A DNA stretch of 64,000 nt. It comes from Flavobacteriaceae bacterium. Lineage in GTDB: Bacteria; Bacteroidota; Bacteroidia; Flavobacteriales; Flavobacteriaceae. Location of the stretch: NCBI GenBank assembly GCA_002728855.1, contig PBWA01000038.1:2838-66837 (forward strand), in the 5' to 3' direction. The notes under the pieces are model-generated. The model was not told the origin of the DNA. It searched no databases and worked only from the letters and a program-made list of their open reading frames with translations. Below, in pieces: positions 47,258 through 58,027 of the stretch (within the stretch, counting starts at the first letter, position 1; each line of letters opens with the position of its first letter). Both the position numbers and the translations under genes were made by a program.

Positions 47258-48725
47258 TTATTTTAATAAGCTATCACTCACGGCTAAACTCAAGCAATTA
47301 GGAAAATGTAGATTAATGAGCTCCTCTGAATTTGATGATGGTATTAGTGTTCTTAAAGGGAAAAAAATTGTCATTGTAGGATGTGGCGCTCAGGGTTTAA
47401 ATCAAGGATTAAATATGAGAGACTCAGGATTAGATATTTCTTTTGCCCTTAGAGAGAGTGCAATTAAAGAAAAGCGTGATTCTTTCAAAAATGCAACTGA
47501 GAATAATTTTAATGCTGATACATTTGATAAATTAATTCCCTCTGCAGATCTTGTTGTTAACTTAACACCTGATAAGAATCATACCACAGTTATTGAAAAT
47601 GTTATGCCACTGATGAAAAAAGGCTCTACATTATCATATTCACACGGTTTTAATATCGTAGAGGAAGGTATTGAAATCAGAGATGATATTACTGTTATCA
47701 TGGTAGCTCCAAAATGTCCTGGAACTGAAGTTAGACAAGAATACTTGAGAGACTTTGGGGTTCCAACTCTTATAGCTGTTCATCCTGAAAATGACCCTAA
47801 TGAGAATGGTCTGGATCAGGCTAAAGCATATGCTTTTGCCACTGGAGGTCATAGAGCAGGTGTTTTAGAATCCTCATTTGTTGCAGAGGTCAAATCAGAT
47901 TTAATGGGAGAACAAACAATTCTTTGCGGAATATTACAAACAGGTTCAATTCTATGTTTTAATAAAATGATTGATGAAGGCATTGATAAAGGTTATGCCT
48001 CAAAACTTATTCAATATGGATGGGAAACTATAACCGAAGCATTAAAGCACGGAGGTATAACAAATATGATGGATAGACTATCTAATACGGCGAAGGTAAA
48101 AGCTTTTGAGCTTTCAGAGGAACTAAAGATTATTTTAACACCACTTTTTCAAAAGCATATGGATGATATTATGTCTGGTAATTTTTCTATGACCATGATG
48201 GAAGATTGGAAAAATAATGATCAAAAATTGTTAGAGTGGAGGGCTCAAACCTCGGAGACTTCTTTTGAAAAAACTGAAGTCACTTCTGATGAAATTAAAG
48301 AACAAGAATTTTTTGATAATGGTATTTTAATGATTTCACTGGTAAGAGCTGGTGTTGAACTTGCATTTGAAACAATGATTGCATCAGGCATAAAGGAAGA
48401 ATCAGCTTATTATGAGTCACTTCATGAAGCACCACTGATAGCAAATTTAATTGCTAGGAAAAAACTTTATGAAATGAACAGAATTATTTCTGATACAGCT
48501 GAATATGGTTGTTATCTATTTGATCATGCAGCCAAGCCAATTTTATTTGACTTTATGAAAAAAATTGATAAGAGTGTAATTGGAGATGGCTCTAAATTCT
48601 TGAACGAAACAAGTGTTGATAACAAAAAGTTAATTGATATAAATGAGATAATTCGTTACCATCCGATTGAGATTATTGGATACGAATTGAGAGAATCGAT
48701 GACTGCAATGAAAAAGATTTTATAA
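47250..48725 (+). CDS. ilvC: Ketol-acid reductoisomerase, long (class II) form
   Basis: 491 aa with '[19 protein letters not shown]' and '[10 protein letters not shown]'. Confidence 0.95.
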   Translation: MSNYFNKLSLTAKLKQLGKCRLMSSSEFDDGISVLKGKKIVIVGCGAQGLNQGLNMRDSGLDISFALRESAIKEKRDSFKNATENNFNADTFDKLIPSADLVVNLTPDKNHTTVIENVMPLMKKGSTLSYSHGFNIVEEGIEIRDDITVIMVAPKCPGTEVRQEYLRDFGVPTLIAVHPENDPNENGLDQAKAYAFATGGHRAGVLESSFVAEVKSDLMGEQTILCGILQTGSILCFNKMIDEGIDKGYASKLIQYGWETITEALKHGGITNMMDRLSNTAKVKAFELSEELKIILTPLFQKHMDDIMSGNFSMTMMEDWKNNDQKLLEWRAQTSETSFEKTEVTSDEIKEQEFFDNGILMISLVRAGVELAFETMIASGIKEESAYYESLHEAPLIANLIARKKLYEMNRIISDTAEYGCYLFDHAAKPILFDFMKKIDKSVIGDGSKFLNETSVDNKKLIDINEIIRYHPIEIIGYELRESMTAMKKIL

Positions 48726-48740
48726 AAATATCAGTTTTTG

Positions 48741-48863
48741 ATGTGGAAATCACTTAAAAAAGCCGGAATTGTAACTTCTGTTTTTGCTATAATTTTCTTC
48801 ATTTTTAAAATTATTTTTAAAAACTCATATATGTTTAGTTTTATATATAGGTGGCTTAATTAA
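48741..48863 (+). CDS. Possible 40-aa single-TM peptide (MWKSLKKAGIVTSVFAIIFFIFKIIFKNSYMFSFIYRWLN)
   Basis: Hand-found ORF in the convergent ilvC/leuB gap. Hydrophobic core. No other support. Confidence 0.2.
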   Translation: MWKSLKKAGIVTSVFAIIFFIFKIIFKNSYMFSFIYRWLN

Positions 48864-48916
48864 CTAAACAATAATTTTTGTCAATTTAAAATTTTTTGAT
48901 TTTCATTGAGGTTAAA

Positions 48917-49993
48917 TTAAATCTTATTAGATATAATTTCATTCACTAGGAAATCCCCAACCTCTGAAGTAGTATATTTTCTTTCTTTTTCAAGAGAAAG
49001 ATCTTCTGTAACAATTTTATTATTTAAAGACCTTTCTACTATTTTTTTTATTATATCAGATTCATTTTTTAAGCCAAAACTCATTTCAAACATCATCGCA
49101 GCTGAGAGAATTGTTGCTAAAGGATTAGCAATGTTTTTCCCTGCTGCCTGAGGGAATGATCCGTGAATGGGCTCATAGAGACTATTTTCATTTCCTATAG
49201 AAGCAGATGGCATAAGACCCATCGAGCCTGTTATTACAGAAGCTTCATCTGTTAAAATATCACCAAATAGATTTTCTGTAACTAGTACATCATAGTTTTT
49301 TGGCCATTGAACTAGCCTCATCGCAACAGCATCAACAAACTCGTATGAGACTGAAATGTCTGGGTAATCTTTTTCCATAGACTGAACCGTTTCTCTCCAT
49401 AACCTTGAGCTCTCTAATACATTGGCCTTATCAACACAGCATAACTTCTTGGATCTTTTTTTAGCTAATTCAAAACCCATTTTTACTAGTCTAACTACTT
49501 CTTCTCTTGAATAGATGCATGTATCATAAGCAATTTCACCATTATCTAAGCGGCCTCTTTTCCCAAAATAAATCCCTCCCGTTAATTCTCTTAGAAAAAC
49601 AAGATCTGTTCCATCAATTATCTCTTTTTTTAATGGAGACTTATTAATTAAGGAAGGAAAAGTGAATGTAGGCCTTACGTTTGCATATAAACCTAATTTT
49701 TTTCTCATTGCTAATAGACCTTGCTCAGGTCTCACTTTAAGTGAAGGATCGTTATCAAACATAGGATCTCCGATTGCTCCAAAAAGAATAGCATCTGAGC
49801 TTAAACAAATTGAGTGAGTTTCTTCAGGATAAGGATCTCCAATTTTTTTAATAGCAGCAGCTCCTACTAAACCATAGTTCCAGTTAATAGTGTGATTAAA
49901 TATTTTTGCAACAGCATCACATACTCTTACACTTTGTTGAACTACTTCTGGGCCAATTCCATCACCTGGTAATACTGCAATATTAAATTTCAT
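48917..49993 (-). CDS. leuB: 3-isopropylmalate dehydrogenase
   Basis: 'NLFGDILTDEASVITGSMGLMPSAS'. Confidence 0.95.
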   Translation of the reverse strand: MKFNIAVLPGDGIGPEVVQQSVRVCDAVAKIFNHTINWNYGLVGAAAIKKIGDPYPEETHSICLSSDAILFGAIGDPMFDNDPSLKVRPEQGLLAMRKKLGLYANVRPTFTFPSLINKSPLKKEIIDGTDLVFLRELTGGIYFGKRGRLDNGEIAYDTCIYSREEVVRLVKMGFELAKKRSKKLCCVDKANVLESSRLWRETVQSMEKDYPDISVSYEFVDAVAMRLVQWPKNYDVLVTENLFGDILTDEASVITGSMGLMPSASIGNENSLYEPIHGSFPQAAGKNIANPLATILSAAMMFEMSFGLKNESDIIKKIVERSLNNKIVTEDLSLEKERKYTTSEVGDFLVNEIISNKI

Positions 49994-49998
49994 ATTTT

Positions 49999-51516
49999 TT
50001 ATATAATGTTAAGCATTTTTTCTGTAGCCTGAATAGCAGAAACAGTCTGATCTGAATCTAATCCTCTGGTCAAAAACTCTCTATTCCCATCATTCCATGT
50101 AATTGTAGTTTCACATAAAGCATCTGAATCACTTCCTGGAGGTATTCTAGTAGCATAGTCAATTAGTTTAGGTAATTTTCTTTTCTCTCTTTTATATATC
50201 TTTTTTAAAGCCTTCCAAAACGCATCATATTGCCCTTCTCCTGAGGAGCTAGCCTCAAAAACTTTTCCTGAAATTTCTATGGCAATACTAGTGGAAGCCT
50301 TCAGTCCTTTTGCGTGAGTCAAAGCATATGATTTTATATTAACTTTTTTTTGGGCATTAGAACTTCCCAACACATCCGATATGATGAAAGGCAAATCCGA
50401 GTTTGTTACATATTCCTTTTTATCCCCCAACTCAATAATTCTTTGTGTTACTTTTTTTAATTCAATTTCATTCAATTTTAAACCAAGCTCTTGAAGATTC
50501 TTTTCGATATTTGCCTTACCCGAGGTCTTACCTAATGCATATTTGCGTTTTCTACCGAATCTTTCAGGTAATAAATCATTAAAATAAAGGTTATTTTTTT
50601 GATCGCCATCAGCATGAATCCCTGCGGTTTGGGTAAATACATTTTCCCCTACAACAGGTTTGTTTACAGGTATTCGAAATCCCGTAATGGCTGCCACAAG
50701 CTGACTAACTTTGTATAATTTTTTTTCTGTTATATTAATTTTAATTTCAGGCATAAAATCATTTACAACAGCAACAACACTAGCTAGCGGAACATTTCCA
50801 GCTCTTTCTCCCATTCCATTTACAGTAAGATGAAGCCCATTGACACCAGCTTTACATGCAGCTAATGCATTTGAAACTGAAAGGTCGTAATCATTATGAC
50901 CATGAAAATCAATATGTTTTTTTGGATATCTTTCAACTAACTCAATAAGGTAATCATATGTCTCATTTGGCTCTAAAATTCCAAGTGTATCAGGAAGTAA
51001 AATTCTTTTGATTGGTTGGTCATATAGAAAATCTATGTAATCTAAAATATATTGGCGTGAATTTCTCATGCCATTACTCCAATCTTCCAAATAAACGTTT
51101 GTAATGATCTTATTTTTTGAAGCTAACCTAATTTCATTTTCAACTAACTTAAAATGTTCTTTAGGAGTTTGCTTCAATTGGTATTTTAGATGGTTCAAAG
51201 AGCCCTTAGTTAAAAGATTTTGCACTGTGGCACCTGTTTTTAAAAGCCACTTTAATGAAATCCCATTATCGACAAATGTTAAAATTTCAATTCGATCAAT
51301 TAGATCATTCTCTTTAGCCCAATTAGTAATATCTAATACAGCTTGATATTCTCCTTTTGAAACTCTGGCTGATGCAACCTCAATTCTATCAACATTCAAT
51401 TCAGTTAAAAGTAATTTTGCAAGTGTTAATTTTTCTGATGCTGAGAATGACATTCCGGATGTTTGTTCACCATCTCTCAGGGTAGTATCCATTATTTCAA
51501 GGGTTCTCTGCTTCAT
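49999..51516 (-). CDS. LeuA/CimA family synthase with a C-terminal LeuA-dimer regulatory domain (2-isopropylmalate or citramalate synthase)
   Basis: '[10 protein letters not shown]' and 'HGHNDYDLSVSNALAA', 505 aa. Located between leuD and leuB. Confidence 0.8.
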   Translation of the reverse strand: MKQRTLEIMDTTLRDGEQTSGMSFSASEKLTLAKLLLTELNVDRIEVASARVSKGEYQAVLDITNWAKENDLIDRIEILTFVDNGISLKWLLKTGATVQNLLTKGSLNHLKYQLKQTPKEHFKLVENEIRLASKNKIITNVYLEDWSNGMRNSRQYILDYIDFLYDQPIKRILLPDTLGILEPNETYDYLIELVERYPKKHIDFHGHNDYDLSVSNALAACKAGVNGLHLTVNGMGERAGNVPLASVVAVVNDFMPEIKINITEKKLYKVSQLVAAITGFRIPVNKPVVGENVFTQTAGIHADGDQKNNLYFNDLLPERFGRKRKYALGKTSGKANIEKNLQELGLKLNEIELKKVTQRIIELGDKKEYVTNSDLPFIISDVLGSSNAQKKVNIKSYALTHAKGLKASTSIAIEISGKVFEASSSGEGQYDAFWKALKKIYKREKRKLPKLIDYATRIPPGSDSDALCETTITWNDGNREFLTRGLDSDQTVSAIQATEKMLNII

Positions 51517-51529
51517 TATACAATTAGAA

Positions 51530-52126
51530 TTAAAAATTTCTTTTACTTGAAAAGTTTTTTATTTTTTCTTTGATGTTAACTAAGTAATCAATATCATCAA
51601 ACCCATTTGTCATATTATCCTTTTTATAGGCTGTTATTGAAATTTTTTCAGTTTTTTCAATCCCTTCAACAGAGATAAATTCCTCAAGAAGATTAATTTT
51701 TATTATCGTTTTTGGATTTCTATAAACTTCATCAAAAATTTGACTTAAAAATTGATCTGATATTTGGACTGGTAAAACTCCAATATTTAAACAATTATTT
51801 TTAAAAATATCAGCAAAAAAACTTGAAACAACACACCTAAAGCCATAATCATAAATAGCCCATACAGCATGCTCTCTCGATGAACCTGATCCAAAATTTT
51901 TTCCACCGATTAAAATTTTACCAGAAAAATTTTCATTATTCAATATGAAATCATTTTTGAGACTACCATCTTGATTATATCTCCAGTCTCTAAATAAATT
52001 TTCTCCAAAACCTACTCTTTCAGTGGCTTTTAAAAATCTCGCAGGTATTATTTGATCTGTATCCACATTTTCTATTGGTAAAGGAACTGCAGTGCTTTCA
52101 AGTATTTTTAAAGGATCGTATGTCAT
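51530..52126 (-). CDS. leuD: 3-isopropylmalate dehydratase small subunit
   Basis: 'NVDTDQIIPARFL' and 'GKNFGSGSSREHA'. Start trimmed to ATG 52126, 4 nt after the leuC stop. Confidence 0.9.
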   Translation of the reverse strand: MTYDPLKILESTAVPLPIENVDTDQIIPARFLKATERVGFGENLFRDWRYNQDGSLKNDFILNNENFSGKILIGGKNFGSGSSREHAVWAIYDYGFRCVVSSFFADIFKNNCLNIGVLPVQISDQFLSQIFDEVYRNPKTIIKINLLEEFISVEGIEKTEKISITAYKKDNMTNGFDDIDYLVNIKEKIKNFSSKRNF

Positions 52127-52130
52127 TTTA

Positions 52131-53525
52131 CTATAAATATTTTCTTGGATCTGTAATTTCACCTGTTATTGCTGCTGCTGCTGCAACTAGTGGACTTGCT
52201 AAAATTGTTCTTGCACCCGGACCTTGCCGACCTTCAAAATTTCTGTTAGATGTACTCACGACATATTTTCCTTTTGGAATTTTATCATCATTCATCGCTA
52301 GACATGCCGAGCATCCTGGCTCTCGAAGCTCAAATCCAGAGTTTTCCAGTATATCCAAGATTCCTTCTTCTTTTATTGCATTCATCACATTATGCGAGCC
52401 AGGTACTAACCATGCAGTCACTCTGTTTGACTTTTTTCTACCCTTGACGATTGATGAAAAGGCTCTAAAATCTTCAATTCGACCATTTGTACAACTACCT
52501 AAAAAAACGTAATCGATTTTTTTCCCTAGCATAAACTCTCCCTCCTTATATCCCATGTAATTAAGAGATTTTTTATAAGAAATATTTTCAGATTTCTCTG
52601 GATCTTTAGATGGAATTTTCTGTAAAATACTTAAACCCATTCCTGGATTAGTTCCGTAAGTAATCATAGGCTCAATTTCATTGCTATTAAAAGAAAATTC
52701 TTTATCAAATTTTGCATCTTTATCACTACTTAGGGTTTTCCAAAATTTCATGGCTTTCTCCCAATCATTTCCTTTTGGAGAAAATTCTCGCCCTTTGACA
52801 TACTCAAAAGTTTTTGCATCAGGAGCGATCATACCCCCTCTTGCTCCCATTTCGATACTAAGATTGCACACAGTCATTCTACCTTCCATGCTAAGATCAG
52901 AAAATGCAGACCCTGAATACTCGACAAAATATCCAGTTGCACCAGATGTTGATATTTTTGAAATTATAAATAATGCTATATCTTTTGGTGTGACTCCTTT
53001 ATTTAACTCTCCATTTATATTAATCCTCATCTTTTTAGGTTTTACCTGCATTATGCATTGAGTTGCAAGAACCATTTCTACTTCTGAAGTTCCAATGCCA
53101 AAAGCAATAGCGCCAAATGCTCCATGTGTGGACGTATGAGAGTCCCCACACACAATAGTTGCTCCAGGTAGTGTAATCCCTTGTTCTGGACCTATAACAT
53201 GAACGATGCCATTATTTTTATGCCCTAAACCCCAATAAGAAATGCCATATTCCTTTGCATTTCTCTCCAGAGTTTTAAGTTGATTTGCTGAGAGAGGATC
53301 TTTTACGGGCAAGTGTTGATTTTTTGTGGGAGTGTTATGATCAGCAGTAGCAAAAGTCCTTTCAGGAGACATTACTTTTAGGCCTCTATTCTTGAGACCA
53401 ATGAAGGCAACAGGACTAGTAACTTCATGAATCATGTGTCTATCAATGAACAAAACATCTGGTCCTTGACTAATTCTTTCAACTACATGTGAATCCCATA
53501 CTTTATCAAAAAGTGTTTTACCCAT
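52131..53525 (-). CDS. leuC: 3-isopropylmalate dehydratase large subunit
   Basis: Aconitase-type '[13 protein letters not shown]','GSCTNGR' and 'GCSACLAMN'. Confidence 0.95.
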   Translation of the reverse strand: MGKTLFDKVWDSHVVERISQGPDVLFIDRHMIHEVTSPVAFIGLKNRGLKVMSPERTFATADHNTPTKNQHLPVKDPLSANQLKTLERNAKEYGISYWGLGHKNNGIVHVIGPEQGITLPGATIVCGDSHTSTHGAFGAIAFGIGTSEVEMVLATQCIMQVKPKKMRININGELNKGVTPKDIALFIISKISTSGATGYFVEYSGSAFSDLSMEGRMTVCNLSIEMGARGGMIAPDAKTFEYVKGREFSPKGNDWEKAMKFWKTLSSDKDAKFDKEFSFNSNEIEPMITYGTNPGMGLSILQKIPSKDPEKSENISYKKSLNYMGYKEGEFMLGKKIDYVFLGSCTNGRIEDFRAFSSIVKGRKKSNRVTAWLVPGSHNVMNAIKEEGILDILENSGFELREPGCSACLAMNDDKIPKGKYVVSTSNRNFEGRQGPGARTILASPLVAAAAAITGEITDPRKYL

Positions 53526-53536
53526 AATTATTATGA

Positions 53537-54685
53537 CTATAATTTAGAAGATTCTATAATTTTTGGAAGCTCTTCATCACTAATTTCTTTTTGTTTATCA
53601 GCAACTTTTAAAAATCTTTCATAAACCTTGTCAAGTTCTAATTTATTTAAATCAAAACCTATATTTTTTGCTCGATAAGCGAGGGCTGCTCTACCACTTC
53701 TTGCAGTTAAAACAATAGAAGATTCATCAACTCCAACATCCTTTGGATCAATTATTTCATACGTCTCTCTTTTCTTTATTACACCATCTTGATGAATTCC
53801 AGAACTATGGGCAAAAGCATTTGCACCTACAATAGCTTTATTTGGCTGAACAGGAACTCCCATCTTTGAAGAGACTAATTTACTAACACCATATAAAAGT
53901 TTTGAATTAATATTAGTCATAAGATTTAAGTTTTTATGCTGCCGCATAACCATAACTACCTCTTCCAGAGATGTATTTCCTGCACGTTCTCCAACTCCAT
54001 TAATTGTACATTCAATTTGACGCGCTCCATTTATTACACCACTGATTGAATTTGCAGTAGCTAAACCAAGATCATTATGACAGTGACATGAGATAGTTGC
54101 TTTTTCAATATTTCTAACATTTTCTTTTAAATATTTTATCTTATTACCATAATCTTCAGGGAGACAGTATCCTGTTGTGTCAGGAATATTCAAAACGGTT
54201 GCTCCTGCTTTAATCACCTCTTCACAAATTCTAGCAAGAAAATCATTATCTGTTCGACCTGCATCTTCAGCATAAAACTCAACGTCATCAACAAATGATT
54301 TTGCATAGCTTACAGAAGAGATAGCTCGTTCTAAAATTTCATTTCTATTTGAGTTAAATTTATACTTAATATGTGTTTCTGAGGTCCCAATGCCAGTGTG
54401 AATTCTTGGTTTTTTTGCTTTTTCAAGAGCTTTTGCAGCTACATCAATGTCCTTTTTAACAGCTCTTGTCAATCCGCAAACAGTCGCATTTTTAACTAGT
54501 TTTGAAATTTCAACTACTGAGTCAAAATCACCAGGACTTGATATTGGAAAGCCAGCTTCGATAATATCTACTCCCATTTCATCTAAACTTTCAGCTATAA
54601 TTAATTTACTATTAGTATCTAATTTGCATCCTGGCACTTGCTCCCCATCTCTTAAAGTAGTATCAAAAATCTTAACATGTTCCAT
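53537..54685 (-). CDS. leuA: 2-isopropylmalate synthase, short form without the regulatory domain
   Basis: 'DTTLRDGEQ' and '[13 protein letters not shown]', 382 aa. First gene of the leu operon. Confidence 0.85.
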   Translation of the reverse strand: MEHVKIFDTTLRDGEQVPGCKLDTNSKLIIAESLDEMGVDIIEAGFPISSPGDFDSVVEISKLVKNATVCGLTRAVKKDIDVAAKALEKAKKPRIHTGIGTSETHIKYKFNSNRNEILERAISSVSYAKSFVDDVEFYAEDAGRTDNDFLARICEEVIKAGATVLNIPDTTGYCLPEDYGNKIKYLKENVRNIEKATISCHCHNDLGLATANSISGVINGARQIECTINGVGERAGNTSLEEVVMVMRQHKNLNLMTNINSKLLYGVSKLVSSKMGVPVQPNKAIVGANAFAHSSGIHQDGVIKKRETYEIIDPKDVGVDESSIVLTARSGRAALAYRAKNIGFDLNKLELDKVYERFLKVADKQKEISDEELPKIIESSKL

Positions 54686-54728
54686 TAAAAGGGTCTAGAA
54701 TTAAGTTTATTATAAACAATATTAGCAC

Positions 54729-54736
54729 CAAATTTA
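54729..54736 (-). promoter_or_regulatory. Candidate -7 box TAAATTTG for the leu operon
   Basis: Fits TAnnTTTG, 43 nt upstream of the leuA ATG. No Leu-rich leader ORF seen. Confidence 0.45.
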
Positions 54737-54777
54737 AAATTAATCTTAAGATTTGATAATTTTATTACAATATTCTA

Positions 54778-54785
54778 TACTTTTG
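54778..54785 (+). promoter_or_regulatory. Candidate -7 box TACTTTTG with a -33 TTTG at 54752-54755
   Basis: The two elements are spaced 22 nt apart, about 50 nt upstream of the ATG at 54837. Confidence 0.5.
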
Positions 54786-54836
54786 TTTAGTATTTAAGTA
54801 ACTAATAGACAGTGTTTTAAATCTTATTTTTCTACA

Positions 54837-56408
54837 ATGATTAATGATCAAAAAGACAACTTGTTTCAATTAATAAAGTCACTATCAAAGTCTGAAAAAC
54901 GTCAGTTTAAACTTTATGTTGGTCGAATGGGTTCTAATAATGATTCCAAGTTTTTAAATTTATTTAATTTACTCGACAAATCTCCAAAATATAGTGAGAA
55001 ATTAATTCTAGAAAAAGGGGTGGTAACTAAGCAACAGCTATCTAACCTAAAAGCCCATTTATATAAGCAAATATTAATAAGTTTAAGACTTAATCCAATT
55101 CATCAGAATGTTAGAATTCAGATAAGAGAACAATTAGATTTTGCGACAATATTATATCAAAAAGGATTATATAAATTAAGCTTGAAAGTTCTTGATAAAA
55201 TTAAATCAATTGCTTTCAAGAATGAAGAGAAGTATTTAGCTTATGAAATTGTAGAGCTTGAAAAAGTTATTGAGTCGCAATATATTACAAGAAGTTTGTC
55301 TAACCGATCACAAATTTTGATTCAACAAGCAGATCAATTACAATATCAAAATGATTTAACTAGTAAACTTTCAAATCTTTCTCTTTTATTATATGAAAAA
55401 TTAATAAAAACCGGTTATGCTAAAAGCGATGAAGAGTTTCGTGAAACTACAAAGTTTTTTTACAAAAAGCTTCCAGTTGTTGAAATTGAAAATTTAGGAT
55501 TTCGTGAAAAGCTTTGGTACTATAAAGTACATGTTTGGTACAGTTTTTTAGTCCAAGATTTTCTAAGCTGTTTTAAATATGCTTCTAAATGGGTAGATAT
55601 GTATGAAGAATCACCAGAAATGATAAAGATACATCCTGTTTTTTATTTGAAGGCAAATAATTATTTAATGGAATCTCTTGCCCTGATTAAATATCCTGAA
55701 AAATTCAAAAAAACTTTAAATTTAATGCTAAGAAATATTAACGATTCAAAACTTGTAAAAAACCATAATATTTCTTCTTTAGGATTTTTAGTTCATTACA
55801 ATAATCTTCTAAATCTTTACTTCATGCAAGGCAATTTTGAAGAAGCAAAAGGTTTTATTGCTGAAATTAATGATGGAATAAAAAAATATAAAGATCAAAT
55901 TGATGAACATCACGTAATGTTATTTTATTACAAGATCGCATGCTTATATTTTAGTCTATCTGATTATGAAAAAAGTATTATTTATATAAATAAAATTATA
56001 AAGAATAAGCACTTAAAAATGCGTGAAGACCTTCTTTGTTTTACAAGAGTTTTAAATCTAGTAGCTCATTATGAAGCAGGGTTTGACTATCATCTTGACA
56101 CTCAGCTTAGAGAAACTTATAAGTTTTTAATTAAAATGAATGATTTGCATGAGGTCCAAAAAGCAATGATAAGATTTCTAAGATCGCTTGGAGAAATATT
56201 TCCCCACGAACTAAAAGATTCATTTATAAAACTTTATGGTGAGCTTAAGCAATATGAGGATGATCCATATGAGAGAAGAGCATTTTTATATTTAGATATT
56301 TTATCTTGGCTGGAGAGTAAAATAAAAAGTCGCCCTGTATCTGAAATAATAAAGGAAAAGGCTAAAGTTATGAATCGTAAAGAAAAGCGTTCCATAAATG
56401 TTTTGTAG
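54837..56408 (+). CDS. Conserved-looking hypothetical protein, 523 aa, all-alpha/TPR-like by composition
   Basis: Long uninterrupted ORF. No catalytic motif, signal peptide or TM segment recognised. Confidence 0.8.
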   Translation: MINDQKDNLFQLIKSLSKSEKRQFKLYVGRMGSNNDSKFLNLFNLLDKSPKYSEKLILEKGVVTKQQLSNLKAHLYKQILISLRLNPIHQNVRIQIREQLDFATILYQKGLYKLSLKVLDKIKSIAFKNEEKYLAYEIVELEKVIESQYITRSLSNRSQILIQQADQLQYQNDLTSKLSNLSLLLYEKLIKTGYAKSDEEFRETTKFFYKKLPVVEIENLGFREKLWYYKVHVWYSFLVQDFLSCFKYASKWVDMYEESPEMIKIHPVFYLKANNYLMESLALIKYPEKFKKTLNLMLRNINDSKLVKNHNISSLGFLVHYNNLLNLYFMQGNFEEAKGFIAEINDGIKKYKDQIDEHHVMLFYYKIACLYFSLSDYEKSIIYINKIIKNKHLKMREDLLCFTRVLNLVAHYEAGFDYHLDTQLRETYKFLIKMNDLHEVQKAMIRFLRSLGEIFPHELKDSFIKLYGELKQYEDDPYERRAFLYLDILSWLESKIKSRPVSEIIKEKAKVMNRKEKRSINVL

Positions 56409-57045
56409 GTGGATTTGCCTTAATTTGAATTAGTTTTTTGCGAACAGGATGTTCAAAGTTTAACTCGGCAGAATGAAGGCAAATACTAGCATCAGGGTTA
56501 GATCTTTTTGCTCCATATTTCAAATCTCCAACGATTGGATATCCCATGTTGCTAAGTTGAACTCTAATTTGATGATGCCTTCCTGTTTTTAAATGAATTT
56601 CTAGAAGAGTATAGTTTTGAATTTTTTTTTGTATTCTAAAACTTAGTATTGCTTTTTTTGTTTTAGAATTCTGATTTTTAAATACAAATGATTTGTTTAT
56701 CCTGGGGTTTTTTGCAATCCAATTAGTTAGAGTTCTAGATTCAATTGTAAAAGGATTTTTAACAATGGCTAAATATTTTTTTTCAACATTTCTTTTTTTG
56801 AACTGCTCATTAAGTCTTGTTAGTGCCTTAGAAGTTTTTGCACAAATTACTATTCCACTTGTTGGCCTATCAATGCGATGGACTAGGCCAAGAAATACCT
56901 CTCCTGGTTTTTTATACTTTTTTTTCAAATACAACTTTACCTTATCAACAAGAGTTTTGTCTCCAGTTGAATCACCTTGAACTAATTCACCAGCCTCTTT
57001 ATTTATTATAATTATGTGATTATCTTCGAATAATACGTCTATCAA
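56368..57045 (-). CDS. RluA family pseudouridine synthase
   Basis: 'HRIDRPTSG' catalytic-Asp motif and 'GRHHQIRVQL'. TTG start. Confidence 0.85.
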   Translation of the reverse strand: MIDVLFEDNHIIIINKEAGELVQGDSTGDKTLVDKVKLYLKKKYKKPGEVFLGLVHRIDRPTSGIVICAKTSKALTRLNEQFKKRNVEKKYLAIVKNPFTIESRTLTNWIAKNPRINKSFVFKNQNSKTKKAILSFRIQKKIQNYTLLEIHLKTGRHHQIRVQLSNMGYPIVGDLKYGAKRSNPDASICLHSAELNFEHPVRKKLIQIKANPPTKHLWNAFLYDS

Positions 57046-57074
57046 AATAAACTAAATAATAAATTATTTTGCAC

Positions 57075-57893
57075 CTAATATTGTTCTTTTTTATTTGGGA
57101 AACTAGACTTCTTGACATCTTTAGCATATTCACTTACAGCCTTAGTTATTTCTTGATTTAAATCAAGATAGCGCCTTAAAAAGCGTGGACTAAATTCAGT
57201 ATTCATACCTAACATATCATGTAAGACTAGTACCTGACCATCCACATCAACACCTGCACCAATACCTATTACTGGTATTTTAAGTTCATCAGAAATTTTT
57301 TTAGCCAGCTTTGCAGGAATTTTTTCAAGCACAATAGCAAAGCATCCAAGTTTTTGTAGCAATTTTGCATCATTGAAAAGCTTTTCAGCTTCAAAGTTTT
57401 TTTTAGCTCTTACAGAATAAGTCCCAAATTTATAAATTGATTGTGGAGTTAATCCAAGGTGTCCCATAACAGGGATTCCTGCATTTAGAATTCTTTCAAT
57501 AGAGCTTTTAACTTCAATACCACCTTCTAATTTAATTGCATGAGAACCAGATTCTTTCATGATTTTAATTGAGGACTTTAAAGCCTCTTTTGAATTAGAT
57601 TGGTATGTTCCAAATGGTAAATCAACTACAACTAAAGCTCTTTCTACACCTCTTACAACGGATGAAGAATGATAAATCATTTGATCAAGGGTTATTGGAA
57701 CAGTTGTTTCATGTCCAGCCATTACATTTGAAGCTGAATCTCCAACTAAAATAACATCAATCCCTGCTCTATCAACTATTTTTGCAAGGGTATAATCATA
57801 AGCAGTGAGCATAGCAATTTTCTCACTCGCTTTTTTCATTTCAGAAAGAGTGTTTGTTGTTATTCTTGAATAATTGCTAATTATTTTATTCAT
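57075..57893 (-). CDS. panB: 3-methyl-2-oxobutanoate hydroxymethyltransferase
   Basis: 'MLTAYDY','LVGDS' and 'KLEGG'. Confidence 0.95.
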   Translation of the reverse strand: MNKIISNYSRITTNTLSEMKKASEKIAMLTAYDYTLAKIVDRAGIDVILVGDSASNVMAGHETTVPITLDQMIYHSSSVVRGVERALVVVDLPFGTYQSNSKEALKSSIKIMKESGSHAIKLEGGIEVKSSIERILNAGIPVMGHLGLTPQSIYKFGTYSVRAKKNFEAEKLFNDAKLLQKLGCFAIVLEKIPAKLAKKISDELKIPVIGIGAGVDVDGQVLVLHDMLGMNTEFSPRFLRRYLDLNQEITKAVSEYAKDVKKSSFPNKKEQY

Positions 57894-58027
57894 TTTTTTA
57901 TAAAAATAATTTCTTTTTTTTAATCGCTGTCAAAATTATCAATTATTAATGCAACAAAGCTATGACTGACACCCTGTCATATTTTTTTCAATGGCATAGT
58001 GATTGTAATTAGTTTGAATAAAAAATT

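Noticed and set aside
52075-53061. 145-aa and 126-aa plus-strand ORFs (52075..52512, 52681..53061), and similar ORFs at 18167..18499, 24857..25210, 45884..46156, 51104..51346 and 62746..62991
   Set aside because: They are antisense shadow ORFs inside well-supported genes (leuC/leuD, ribBA, lpdA, ilvB, the leuA paralog, the carboxyltransferase), with low-complexity composition.
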